The position numbers were made by a program, and so were the translations under genes. Below are positions 13,771 to 26,102 of a stretch of DNA of 64,000 nucleotides, piece after piece. Numbering within the stretch: position 1 is the stretch's first letter; every line of letters begins with the position of its first letter. This stretch comes from Octopus sinensis. Lineage: Eukaryota. Under the pieces are notes generated by a model. That model was not told the origin of the DNA and did not search any database. It saw nothing but the letters and a program-made list of their open reading frames with translations. The stretch lies in assembly GCF_006345805.1 (NCBI RefSeq), contig NC_043004.1, positions 85,498,001 to 85,562,000 of the forward strand, given 5' to 3'.

Positions 13771-14114
13771 CTCTTAACGATTGTCTCTACAAACTCCTTA
13801 AAGAAAGCAACCTTTTATTTGGTGCGATTTTATCTTATTTTATCCTTTCTCATGCCCACTTACTTTTTTACACTGTTACCCTTTTTGTCGATTTTTTATT
13901 GTTTTCTTTCCGTCGAATTGTTTAACTTTTTAATTGCATTGTTTTTTTTTTTATAATTGTATTAATTTCTATTTCATCCCTTCAATTTTTATCATTTTAT
14001 TTTTATTTTTTATCTTGTATCTGTTATTTTTATATTTTTTTTACAATTTGTACCCTTTCCCCTTTTTGTCTCCCTTTATTGATCTTATTTATTATATCGT
14101 ATTTTATTTCTGTA

Positions 14115-14790
14115 TACACGCACGCATACATACACACAACATACATACGTGCACATACATACACGCATACATGCAAAAATACACACACGCATATACACCC
14201 GCACACACGAGCATACACGCGCACACACACAGTCACGCACATATACCACATAACAAAACCCCATGCACAGACTCACATACAGACACACTCATGCATATAC
14301 AATACGCACATACGCACACATGCATACATAAACACACGCACACATGCACACACGCATGCAAACATCAATGTACATATTAACTCACATATACCTCACACAC
14401 ACGCCACACACACACAGAACATGCACATACTTACACACATACATACGCACATAACACTCGAACTCACACGCACGCGCACACACGCACAGGAATGCACACA
14501 AACCTAACACACACAACCCCACTCACACACATAGGCATACGCATGTACACACGCACATACGCACACGCACATACACACACACGCACTTGCACGCGCACAC
14601 ACACTAACGCACAAATACTCCACACACACAAACCCCACACAAACCCCCGCACACACACATACACACATGCACATACACACATATACACATATACACACAC
14701 ACACAAACGCACACAGACGCATGAACATACTACACAAAACACACACACAGCATATACATACACGCACACATAAATACACACGCACACACA
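14115..14790. repeat. (CA)-rich low-complexity tract in the PLE 3' region
   Basis: Directly visible; mirrored by (TG)-rich 16700-18205. Confidence 0.9.
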
Positions 14791-15074
14791 TAATTCAAAC
14801 TGCCAGCCAGACATCTTTTTACTGACCATTACTCTTAAGTACATCTGAAGAGACATACAACTACACAAAGTACTGCCACTCCTGTTACCATACTGCTGAA
14901 TTCTTCCTACAACATTAACAGACACAAAGTTCACTCATGTACATATAAACAGCCAAACAACACAAACACCACACACAACACATATGCAAACACACGTGCT
15001 ATTACACAGAGCGAGAGAGAGAGAGAGATACCTACACATACGCAAACATATCTCCTTCTCTTACACTCTCCCAT

Positions 15075-15290
15075 TCCTTTCAAGTCATTTGAAAATGTAA
15101 CCACTTGTGAATCGTTGGCGACTTTTTTCCTCTGTCTTCCTTTTTATTGGACTTTACCCTGCTTCTGAAGAAGTGCCGTTGCTCGAAACGTTAAACAATC
15201 GCCTTTTCCTTCCCTGTGCGTCTGCTAATACTTGACATGTAACACGTCCTCGCGTTGTTGTTTTTCTAGTGTTTGTTCATCTTCTTGGGG
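15075..15290 (+). mobile_element. PLE pseudo-LTR-like terminal repeat with hammerhead motif
   Basis: Homologous in reverse to 16395-16660; contains the HHR motif at 15161-15196. Confidence 0.75.
15161..15196 (+). ncRNA. Minimal type I hammerhead ribozyme motif
   Basis: GCTT-CTGAAGA-A-GTGC(CGTT)GCTC-GAAAC-GTT-AAAC: intact core, one mismatch each in stems I and II, palindromic ACGT stem III. Confidence 0.7.
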
Positions 15291-15419
15291 AATTATAAGT
15301 ATTTATAAATATAATTGTTTCTTTAACACCATTTTCAGATACAAACACACATACACACACATGTTCTCTCTCAATTTCTCTCCGTTAATCACCCTCTTGT
15401 ACAATATTATATCCCTCCC

Positions 15420-15640
15420 CACCACTACACACTCAATAACGCTATAAAATGGTCAAAATTTTTGCACAAGAACTTAATTCAATTTGAAAACTCCACCAGA
15501 ATGGACGAAAGCGCTTATATATACATGATATATGATATATGTTATAAGTTATATGATGTATAAAAACATCTAATATACAAATAAATATCTGTAAATATAA
15601 AACCATCCGAATTTCTGAGTACCTCATTTCTTCTAATATA
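15420..15640 (+). repeat. Interspersed repeat, second copy at 50222-50420
   Basis: Long shared sequence including CTCCACCAGAATGGACGAAAGCGCTTAT. Confidence 0.85.
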
Positions 15641-15708
15641 TATATATATGTGTGTGTATGCACATATGTATATAAATATGTATATGTATGTATGCATGTA
15701 TATATACA

Positions 15709-15805
<97 letters not shown>

Positions 15806-15807
<2 letters not shown>

Positions 15808-16110
15808 GGTGCGTGGCTTCGTGGTTAGGGGAATTCGGCTCATTGTAAGGTCGTGAGTTCAGTTGCCGGTGACAAATTTATTTCACGTTGTTCCAGTTCA
15901 CTCAGCTGGAAAAAAATGAGTTGTGCCTGTATTTCATAGGGTCAGCCTTGTCACACTCAGTGTCACGCTGAATCTCCCCGAGAACTACATTAAGGTTACA
16001 GGTGTTTGTGGAATTATCTGTCACTCGCACGTTAATTTCAAGAGCAAAGCTGTTCCGTTGATCGTATCAGCTAGGACCCTCATCATCGCAACCGACGGAG
16101 TGCTCCTCTG
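15806..16110 (+). mobile_element. tRNA-derived SINE
   Basis: GGTGCGTGGCTTCGTGGTTAGGG A-box-like head, GTGAGTTCAG, and a CORE-like TTTATTTCACGTTGTTCCAGTTCACTCAGCTG. Confidence 0.75.
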
Positions 16111-16126
16111 TATATGTATATATATA

Positions 16127-16170
<44 letters not shown>

Positions 16171-16351
16171 AGTAAAAAAGGGGTAGAATTAATTAATTGT
16201 TAATCAATTCGACCAAGCAGTATTCGGTATGTAAAGACCATTTACGGTATATTTGAAGTATTAATTTATAAAAATATGGTAAAGTAAAAAAATTCACTTT
16301 GCCACACACCGAACTTTTCAGAAATAGCAGCCAAAAATTTGGCTATATATA

Positions 16352-16394
<43 letters not shown>

Positions 16395-16492
16395 GTTAAT
16401 CCAAACAAGAAAGCAGAAAAAAACACAACAACGCGAGGACGTGGAACAAATATAGTATTATTGGACGCTCAGGAAAGAAGGAAAGAAAGAGG

Positions 16493-16527
16493 GTTTAATA
16501 TTTCGAGCGGAGCTCTTCGTCTGAAAC
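16493..16527 (-). ncRNA. Degenerate hammerhead motif
   Basis: GTTT-CAGACGA-A-GAGC(TCC)GCTC-GAAA-TATT-AAAC: perfect stems I and II, core U4A, stem III ACGT decayed to ATAT. Confidence 0.6.
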
Positions 16528-18356
16528 ATAGGAGAAGGAAAGATCCAGAGAAGGGAAGAGAGAGGAAAAAAATCGTCAACGGTACACACGAGGTCACATT
16601 TTGAAAAACTGGAAGGAAAAGGGTGAAGAAAGATGTTTTCAAAGACAGAAGAGTAATATATTCAAAGACAGCAGAATGGTAGGGGGGGAATGTGTGTGTA
16701 AGTGTGCATATGTGCGTGCGCAGAGGTCTGCGTGTGCATGTGTGTGTATGTGTGCAATGATGACACGTGTGTGTGTGTGCGTGTGCGTGTATGTGTGTAT
16801 GTGCGTGTGGTTGTAGCTGTAAACAAAGGGCTAGTAGTAAGGCTGGCTAGTTTGTAAGAATAAGGACAGATGTTTTTGTCCCTGCCACAGGTCAGTGCTG
16901 TTACTTTGAAGTATGTGTGTGTGTGCGTGTACGTGTGTGTTTGTATGTGTGTGTGTGTGTAAGCGTATATGGATGTATATGCGTGTATCCGTGGGGTTGT
17001 GAGTTTTGGGTGTGTGCATTGGTGTGCGTGTGTGCATGCGTATGTGTGCGCATGTTTATGTGTGCGTATGTGTGTTTGTTTCTGTGCCTATATGTGTATA
17101 CGTGTGTGTATGTGTGTGTGCGCGTGTAGGCATATATTCTGTGTATGTATATGTATCGGTGTGTATGTGAATTTTTGTATGCGTGTGTGGGGGGTTTTTT
17201 GAGTTGTGTGGGCGTAATGTGCGTGCGTGTGCTTGTGTGCGTGTGTGCACTTAGTGCGTGTATGTGTGTGTGTCTGTACCCATGTGTGTATAAATGTGTG
17301 CATATCTGTATGAGTATTGTTTGTTGGAGTTATATGTGGCATCTGTGCTGGTGTGTGTGTTTGTACGTGTGTATGTGTGTGTGCGTGTATTGTATATATA
17401 TATATGTGTGTGTGTGTGTGCGTGTGTACGTGCGTGCGAGTGAAAATATGTATACATGTGCGTGTGTGTACAAATGTAGAGGTTTATATGTGTGTATGTA
17501 TATGTATGCAAGCACACACGTTATAATTGAAAGATTGATGGAATAAAATTGGTGTGGGTGTATGTGAATCCACAGGCACACACATACATATACTGACGCA
17601 CGCCTGCAATACAGCCAACCCCATATATATGTATGTATGTATGAATGTATGTATGTATGTGTGTATGTATGTGTGTGTGTGAATGTATGCGTGTGTGGGG
17701 GGATTGGAGTTGTGTGGGCGTAATGTACATGCCTGTGCTTGTGTGCGTGTGTGCGCTTACGTGCGTGTATGTGTGTGTGTCTCTGCCCATGCGTGTATAA
17801 GTGTGTGCGTATCTGTATGAGTATTGTTTGTTGGAGATATACGTGAGCATCTGTGCTGGTGTGAGTGTATGTACGTGTGTATGTGAGTGTGTGTGGCTAT
17901 GTGTACGTTTATGTGTGTGTGTCTAAAGGTATTGTGTGTGTCTAGAGGTATGTGTCTAAAGGTTTGTGTGTCTTTGTATGCTGGGTGGGATAGGTTAGGT
18001 TTCTGTGCATTCTTGTGCGTGTGCGTGCGTTTGTGTACGTGTGTGCGCCTGGGGGTGTGGGGGTGTGTATTTGTGTGTGTGTGTGTGTGTTTATGTGTGG
18101 AAGTATGTGTGCGTATGTGTGCATGTATGTTGTATGTGTGTGGTGTGTTAGAAGTATGTGTGTGTTCGTGGATACGTGAGTATGTGTGTGTATGTGTTTC
18201 TGTATAAGGACAGTAATTTATAAAAACAATAAAATAATAAAAAAACAATAAATAATATGAAAGACGTAATAGCACGTAGGGAAAGGAATAATAAAAGGGG
18301 AAGGAAGAAATAAGAAATAAAAAAAGGTGCTTGTTGCGGGAGGTGGTGTGCAGTCA

Positions 18357-18632
18357 CTAAGAGGAGGGGGCTGTGTTGAGTCCGTGCGGGGTATTAGTCT
18401 GTAAAGTGAAAATGAACCGTTGCTCCAAGTGAAGCCTGGATTGTGGAGGACCGTTGTGTGGGGCGAGATCAAACACAGAGATGTCATCGGGGAAATGGCT
18501 GGCCGAGCAGAAGTGACGTACGACGGAGATTTGGAACGCACCCGAATCTCTTAGATGTTCGGCGAATCGTTCGGCCAACCGTCGTCCCGTCTGTCCTACA
18601 TACAGCATCCCGCAGAGGTTGCATATATACAA
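18357..18632 (-). pseudogene. GIY-YIG endonuclease domain (PLE), 5'-truncated
   Basis: ORF track translation with YVG, R and E motif residues. Confidence 0.9.
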
Positions 18633-19544
18633 ATGTGTGTGTACGTATGTATATATTCATATATGTATATATTAATGTAAGGCAACTGATTTAAAAAGAT
18701 ACAAGACTTTATTATCACTGCATCATTTCAGTTGTTATCGGTGTTTTGTTTCTCTTGTAAATTCTCCAACAGTTACTTTGGTGTATAACTGTGCTGTTAT
18801 TGACTTGTTTTTTTTTTTATTCCTTTCGCTTTGTTCCTGTGTTTCATGATTCATTTTTCGGTTCCATGATTCGGTATATCTTGCTAATATTATTTCAAAA
18901 ACACCCCTTTAATGGAATATCAACAGTGCTTTACTAAGTGTCTTATCTTAGTATATATGCATAGATTAGTCGCTTAAACATTCCTTCCTAAGATACATTT
19001 TTTCGTATTGTATTCTATATATTTTGTTCATTTTTACGCATATTAACGGATATATATTTTATGCTATTATTTTTTTAAACCTCTTCTCAAGTATTGTCTG
19101 TAATAAACATATTTAGGAAGGTTTTTCTTCAGTAAAATTATGCAGTTTGATGTTTAGTATTTCTTCATGACAACAGTATCTGACAAAGAATAAAATCAAT
19201 TAATCGCTTTTGTCACATTGTCGTAAATTCGTTACTTTTTCGAGTTACCGCTAAAAACCTAATCGACACAATTATCTCTGAAATGCAAAAATTGACTTCA
19301 AAGGATTTGAAAAACTTTACTATTCAAAAACAGAAAAAACAAAAACGTAACATGAAACGATGAATTGCTAAAAAAAATTTTTATTGCTAAGATAAAATAG
19401 AAACGGGCTCCACATAATTTAAGTTAAGAGAAATACCCAGTAGCTATTTCGTAGAATTCTGTTAAGTAAAATATTGAAATATTCCGAACCCCCTTCATTG
19501 GCTTTAGCGTATTATTGTACATTTAGTCAAAAGTGGGAGCATTA

Positions 19545-19855
19545 AGGCGCAAGACTCAAAGGTTAGAGCGTCCGGCTCACAATCATGTGGTAGTGAGTTC
19601 GATTCTTGGACCGGGCTGTGTTGTGTTCTTGAGCAAGACACTTTATTTCACGTTGCTCCAGTTGACTCAGCTGTAGAAATGAGTTGCGAAGTGACAGGTG
19701 CCAAGCCTTGCCTTTCTCTTCCATCAGTGGTGTGGAGAGGTGAGGCTGGTATTCATGGTATTCTGGTCTTCCAAAAACAATCTTGCCCGGCCTTGTGCCT
19801 CAGAAGGGAACTTCAGATGTGCAATCCCATGGTCACTTATTACCGAAGAATTTCC
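19545..19855 (+). mobile_element. tRNA-derived CORE-like SINE
   Basis: GGTTAGAGCG..GTGAGTTCGATTC..TTCTTGAGCAAGACACTTTATTTCACG; homolog of 4291-4588. Confidence 0.8.
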
Positions 19856-20169
19856 TTAGTCAAAAGTACAATGCCAGTGGGAAGTGATTTTCAATAAATA
19901 ATATCCATAACTGAAATATTACAGTGGATTTTATTTTTATTTCTATCATGTGGTGGAATATAACTGTGTGGTGAAGAAGCTCTCATTGCAATGACGCGGT
20001 TTTGAGTTCAATCCAAATTCGTTGCACCTTCTACAAGTGTTTCAATTGATACCTTCTAACTGGATTAGGTAGACAGAAACCGAAAGGTAGTACGTCTTGT
20101 ATATATAAGTATATCTGTATCTAATATAGCCCCAGACCAACCAAAGCTTTGTGATAGAACTTTGATAGT

Positions 20170-20945
20170 TAAAACTCTTCCAAAATTCACACGTTCGTGA
20201 TGAGAAATACTCCTCCCGTACTGATCTGACCTCGTCTACAGAATTCATATCTTTATCGTTCAAATGATTATGAAGACTGTGGAATAAATGATAATCAGAA
20301 GGGGCAATGCCTGGTGAATATGTTGAGTGGGGCATCGTTTCACATTCAAACTGTTCCAGCTTTTGGAATGTCATCCTCGCTGTATGTGGCCGAGCATTAT
20401 CTCGATGAAAGAATTCCTGTCGTCTTCAAACCAAAGAAAGCCATTAATTATCTAGCGCTGACTTGAGTGACTGTTTGAATGACCAAATTCAAGCTTCTTT
20501 GCTAGTTCATCAACAGTTACAATGGGATCTTCATCCACCAGGGTTTGAAGGACTTTGTTGTCGAGCTCTACAGATATTCTAGGAAGAGGCTAGTCTTTTA
20601 GGCTGTAGTTTCCGGTTCAGAATTTCTGGAACCACGGTTGGCATTGACTTACGCTTATTTCTGATCCCCATATATTGCATTAATATTCCTCACACTTTCT
20701 CTTGCATTGTTACCTGTATTGAATTCATAAAACAAAATATACCGAGTATGCTCCTTTGTCACCTATAATTTTGAAAAAATAATTAAGATCAAACAGCACT
20801 CTTCAAAACTTGCACTGATAATAAGTACAAGGTAAAATTAATAACTGCTTTTATAAGAGGTTGATGCAGGTAGTTTATCCCGTCCCCTTCCGACTTTTAT
20901 CTCATGCAATTGAAAAAATAACGCATTATTTATGGGATGACCCAG
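20170..20945 (-). mobile_element. Internally deleted mariner element
   Basis: Minus ORF with HSTYSPGIAPSDYHLF; 5' TIR CTGGGTCATCCCATAAATAATGC followed by TA at 20946-47; same family as 59136-60233. Confidence 0.9.
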
Positions 20946-21545
20946 TAGTATTTCTGCTTATCAGTAAATTTCTGTTCTTATGTCAAATGTTCACGGCCTT
21001 ACTATTACAATAGGCAACACAGTAGCAGTCATTCCTCGCTTTTGTTTGAATTAAGATTCGGAAACTTACTTTCGTTTGTAAATTTTTGTTTTTCTATTAG
21101 TATATATCCGGCATATTTATTCATCAGACTTATCTGATACTCTGCTATAGAGCAGTGAGGCTAAAGGGAAACTATCGAATTACAACGCACCTAGGAGAGA
21201 TAAATACTTCAAATGAGAGACATTCCCTGAAATATAATAATGTTATATTTATCAAGAGGAGAATACGATTTGTAATACGAGACACTTGTTCTCCAATAAT
21301 TACACAACATGAACAGCTAAACGAAAGTATTTAATTCTATAAACATACGCTGATATTTAAATACACGAGGAGTGATATTTAAATCACAGAGTGTAGAAAT
21401 ACAAAAGAAGCCAAAGGAAGATCAGTATGCAATAACACTGGATTACGATTCAGTGAAATAAGATATTCAAATGAGAAGCTGACTTTGGACTCGAAGTCAA
21501 CAGAGAAAGCAGTCAAACTACAGCGTTGTGTCAAGCATTCGAATA

Positions 21546-21919
21546 TCTCTCTATATATAAACGGCAGTTTGTCTCTGTGTGTTTCTGTGTGTCTGTCAGG
21601 TTGTACCCTCACCCTGACCACGGCTTTCAACCGATTCTGATGAAACTTGACACACACATAGCCCAATGTCATAATTCAAAACTAACGCAGCGAAAATTTT
21701 GAAAAGTTCCCCCAGTTCTGAAAAAGATCGATAAATTCGACATGGGGTCGACAATCAGAAACACAAACCACAGATGGTCTAGGGGACGCAACTCGACCTT
21801 TTTAACTATCAAAAAAAAATTACCATCATTTTTTTTCCTATTTTTTGGCTATAACTCTCTAAAAATGCCTTATAGTTATTTCCCTTACAAACCCGAGCAA
21901 CGCCGGGCGATACTGCTAG
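21546..21919 (+). mobile_element. Non-autonomous Helitron
   Basis: 5' TC after A21545; subterminal hairpin CCCGAGCAACGCCGGG at 21892-21907; 3' CTAG followed by T21920 (A^T insertion, no TSD). Confidence 0.85.
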
Positions 21920-22171
21920 TGACGAGATAAATATCTCTGCATCATTTCTGTGTAGTCGTGAGAGGCCTAACGATTAGTGTGCTTACACTCATAATCACAC
22001 GACAGAAATCTTGAATAGCGGACCGAGAAATATGCAACATTTGTTGAGGAAATTTCCACATTATTTCAGTGCAATCAACTATAGATACTTTTTAGAAATA
22101 GCTGGTAAATTATTTACATTATTTACATTATTTACATTTAACGGATATTTGTCATTATCTCGTTTGTTGTT

Positions 22172-22214
22172 AACACAACGTTTCGGCTGATATACCTTTC
22201 AGCCTTCATCAGGT
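22172..22214 (-). ncRNA. Hammerhead motif (inverted copy)
   Basis: AC-CTGATGA-A-GGCTG(10 nt)CAGCC-GAAAC-GTT-GTGTT; the 5' stem I strand is truncated at the inversion junction. Confidence 0.7.
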
Positions 22215-22314
22215 TCCGAGTTCGATTCCAGGCAGTGGCCTGAATAATAATAATAATAATAATGATAATAATAATAATATTTATAATAACAAAAATAATA
22301 ATAATAATAACAAC

Positions 22315-22383
<69 letters not shown>

Positions 22384-22435
22384 GACATCGAAAAATACCT
22401 TAGGAATGAGAACTCAGGTTATAAATTTTCCTAAG

Positions 22436-22472
22436 ACACCTGATGAAGGCTGGAGGGTATATCAGCCGAAAC
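22436..22472 (+). ncRNA. Hammerhead core and stem II (3' stem III/I strand deleted in this copy)
   Basis: ACAC-CTGATGA-A-GGCTG(10 nt)CAGCC-GAAAC. Confidence 0.7.
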
Positions 22473-23240
22473 AGACAAGATGAGGACAAATATCCATCAA
22501 ATGTAAATAATGTAAATAATTCCTCATCTCTTAAATACAGAACTGTAAGAGCTGTTAAGTTAAATTCACGGCGGAGCGGCAGCACGTTCCGTAGTGAGAG
22601 CGGAAAAATTTTTATCTCGGTCACATACACGATATAGAAAGCAGATTAAACACTGACTTTAGAGTCCTAAGAATGATGTCACACTGAAGTCTTAGTGTAG
22701 TTGTGAATTAACATAGGTGTACTTCCAAGACATCACAGTGAAATTGCGAGAGGGATTCAATACAACAGTTGATTGATACTACATAATTTTATCCAATTTG
22801 GAACGATGATAAAACACTGACACGGGAGCAATTTTTCTAAAACAGCAAAGAAACGGCAACGTTATAAAACATTTTCTTCGATGGTGTAAATGCTTTTTCC
22901 CATTCATTGCTATCGCTTTGTTATGCTACACAAACCTTTAAATCCAAAGAATGTCATATATGAAAAAAACAACAACTTAAATATGATATAACATTAATTT
23001 AGACAAGCGATTTAGCGATCGTAGGATATATATACTGTTATACGAGTTACATGTGTATATAGAAACGAATATACAAACGCGTGGCTTAGTGGTTAGCGTA
23101 TCCAGCTCATGATCAGAATGTTGTGAGTTCAATTATTGGCTTCCTTCTAACTCTATCGTTCTCATTTGCGGAACCAGTGAGTTACGCGGACAAACGCAGA
23201 CAGAAAGGTACGCACACACATATACATGCATACATACCTA

Positions 23241-23274
<34 letters not shown>

Positions 23275-23282
<8 letters not shown>

Positions 23283-23615
23283 AAATTAGGATATCTGAGA
23301 GACAGCACTATCCTGAAATAGCAGTCAAAACCCTGACCCTAAAACCACCTTAAATGTTCATATCGCGCCAGGAGAGAAGACAGAAAGGCAAAATAAACTA
23401 GCATATGTATGTATAGGCGTTCGTATATGTAAGTATAACAGATGTTCTGTATATATATCTGTATTTATGTGCTTTCTGGTATATCAACTGAAGAAGGCAG
23501 AGCTTCTCTGAAGCAAATTCAGAAATCCAGGATCTTGAATTATCCAGTATAATCTTTTTTGCTAGTTTATTTTGCCCTTCTGTCTTCTCTCCTTGCGTGA
23601 TATCGATATTATCCT

Positions 23616-23654
<39 letters not shown>

Positions 23655-24008
23655 TATATATATAAACTATAAATTAGGATATCTGAGAGACAGCACTATC
23701 CTGAAATAGCAGTCAAAACCCTGACCCTAAAACCACCTTAAATGTTCATATCGCGCCAGGAGAGAAGACAGAAAGGCAAAATAAACTAGCATATGTATGT
23801 ATAGGCGTTCGTATATGTAAGTATAACAGATGTTCTGTATATATATCTGTATTTATGTGCTTTCTGGTATATTCAACTGAAGAAGGCAGAGCTTCTCTGA
23901 AGCAAATTCAGAAATCCAGGATCTTGAATTATCCAGTATAATCTTTTTTGCTAGTTTATTTTGCCCTTCTGTCTTCTCTCCTTGCGTGATATCGATATTA
24001 TCCTTATG

Positions 24009-24010
<2 letters not shown>
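23275..24010. repeat. Near-identical direct duplication of a ~345 bp unit separated by (TA)n
   Basis: 23275-23620 vs 23663-24010; I see only one inserted T as a difference. Each unit holds a 42 bp inverted repeat. Confidence 0.9.
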
Positions 24011-24039
<29 letters not shown>

Positions 24040-25819
24040 GCATATATATATACATATATATATATATGTATATATATATGTGTATATATATATACACATA
24101 TATAGTCCTGTGAGTGTGTGTATGTGTGTGTCTTTGTCTGTGGATGTCTGTGTATATGTGTGTGTAGTATGTATGTTTGTACGACAGGCTTTTTTCTGCT
24201 TCTGTCCACCATATCCACTCACATGCCCGAGGCTAGAGCAGAAACAAGTTGCCTAAGGGAGACTGGGCTGAACACGGAAACATCTAGTTGAAGAGGAGTA
24301 CACAGTCACGCCCGCAGCTACGCACAACTACGCCCGCGCCTATATAACAGCATTTATTACTTTTCCATATTGCTTCTGAAAGTAACTGACTGGATTCCAC
24401 GGTGTCTCTGTACACTACATATGTGTGCGCGTGTGTGTATGATATAGAAGTGCATGTAGATGTAAGATATAGAAGTGTGTGCGTATGCAGATGCATGGAT
24501 AGTAGCATGCATACATACGTACATACATACATGCATGCATGCATGTGTGCATCTATACATATAAAAACACATATGTAAGAGAAGCAAGCGATGTAACCCA
24601 TGACCGCTTCTTGTCTTAATATACAAAGGTTTAGCTGCGTTTTCCATTAAAACGAAACTTATTTCAAGATTACAGTGAAATCACAAGATTTCCCAATGCG
24701 GTAAGGAAAATGATCAACTTTAAAGATTCTGCAAGGATTCCTAATTATTTAACAATCTACAAAAGACACGAATGCACAACATTCAATCTGAGATATCTAA
24801 ATATATTTTGAAGAGAAATGTTTATCAGAAATGGCTAAAGTTTATTTCTATCTTATTTATTTACAAGCCAAAGATATCAACTAAACAATATCGAAATGAC
24901 AAATGCATACATTCGTTCATACAAACACACATATTCACATGTTTAGCCATGTAAGTGTGTATGTATATGCGTGTAAGTTCGTTTGTTAATTTATACATTT
25001 GCATATTGTTATATATCCACATATGTGCATGTGTATACGTGTAAAGTTTATGTGTAAGTGTCTAAATTTATATGTATGTAAGTTTATATGTGTGTCTATA
25101 ATTATAGCTTTAAGCATAAAGTGCTATGAAAAAAATAAAAATCTAAAGGATTTTGGCTCGTACGCACCATAAATAAAATTTAATTAGTTAAATGTGTAAC
25201 ACTATTACAAATTACCAAAAAACACAATTCTTAAAAACAACAAATATATTTTTCGTTTGCTAATTATAAAAAACATACCCATAATATAGAAATATAATCT
25301 AATAATAGTAAAATTAATTTCCATCATTGAAATTAATATTTACAATTAATATTTCATAATTCTTACAAAGCTTGTATGCCTCCAAGCATTCTTTCCTTGT
25401 AAAACGTTATTTTCAGTTTCTTTCTTCATCTGATTCACAAATAATATTGCCCTTAACTTCGTTAAAGGATATTATCACATGATAAATGATAATGAAAACA
25501 AAAATCACTATCAATTACTGAATTTCTATTATACTTTATTTATTTCATTTATCATAAATTTATTTATATTTTTCGCTCTGGAATTGTAAAACTTCGTATA
25601 AACATCATCTAGCTCTCATAGATTGCAGTAAATATCAATTCATGTTCTGTTCTATGTCCTTGTGCAGGAACCAAAATAAATGTATGAATATGTACTATGT
25701 GATATATATTTTTTAATTCGGTAGATAAAAAATTATATTTGCAAAATACACACCCATACGCACATGAATATCTATATCTGTATCTATCTGTGTGTATATA
25801 TATATACATACACACACAT

Positions 25820-25851
<32 letters not shown>

Positions 25852-25894
25852 TATATATATATATATAATGTATAATAAATGTATAAGAAATGTT

Positions 25895-26056
25895 GGCGCT
25901 GGAGTGGCTCCGTGGTAAGTAGCTTGCTTACCAAGCACATGACTCCGGGTTCAGTCCCACTGCCTGGCACCTTGAGCAAGTGTCTTCTACTGTAGCCTCG
26001 GGCCGACGAAAACCTTGTGCGTGGATTTGGTAGACGGAAACTGAAAGAATCATGTC

Positions 26057-26060
<4 letters not shown>
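25895..26060 (+). mobile_element. SINE family B head (tRNA-like + CORE-like)
   Basis: GGCGCTGGAGTGGCT..GGTAAGTAGCTTGCTTACC..GGGTTCAGTCCCACTG..CACCTTGAGCAAGTGTCTTCTACT. Confidence 0.85.

Positions 26061-26102
<42 letters not shown>

Larger units (their letters stand above)
16395..18632 (-). mobile_element. Penelope-like element 3' half: GIY-YIG + T-rich + CA-rich tract + pseudo-LTR with HHR
   Basis: ORF 18357-18632(-) YICNLCGMLYVGQTGRRLAERFAEHLRD..EQRFIFTLQT..PHGLN; terminal repeat at 16395-16660. Confidence 0.8.
22108..22547 (+). mobile_element. Short PLE-type element: inverted tail + B-box-like segment + (AAT)n + hammerhead + (AATGTAAAT)n tail
   Basis: 22108-22214 is the reverse complement of the 22438-22521 region; GAGTTCGATTCC at 22218-22229. 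Confidence 0.8.
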
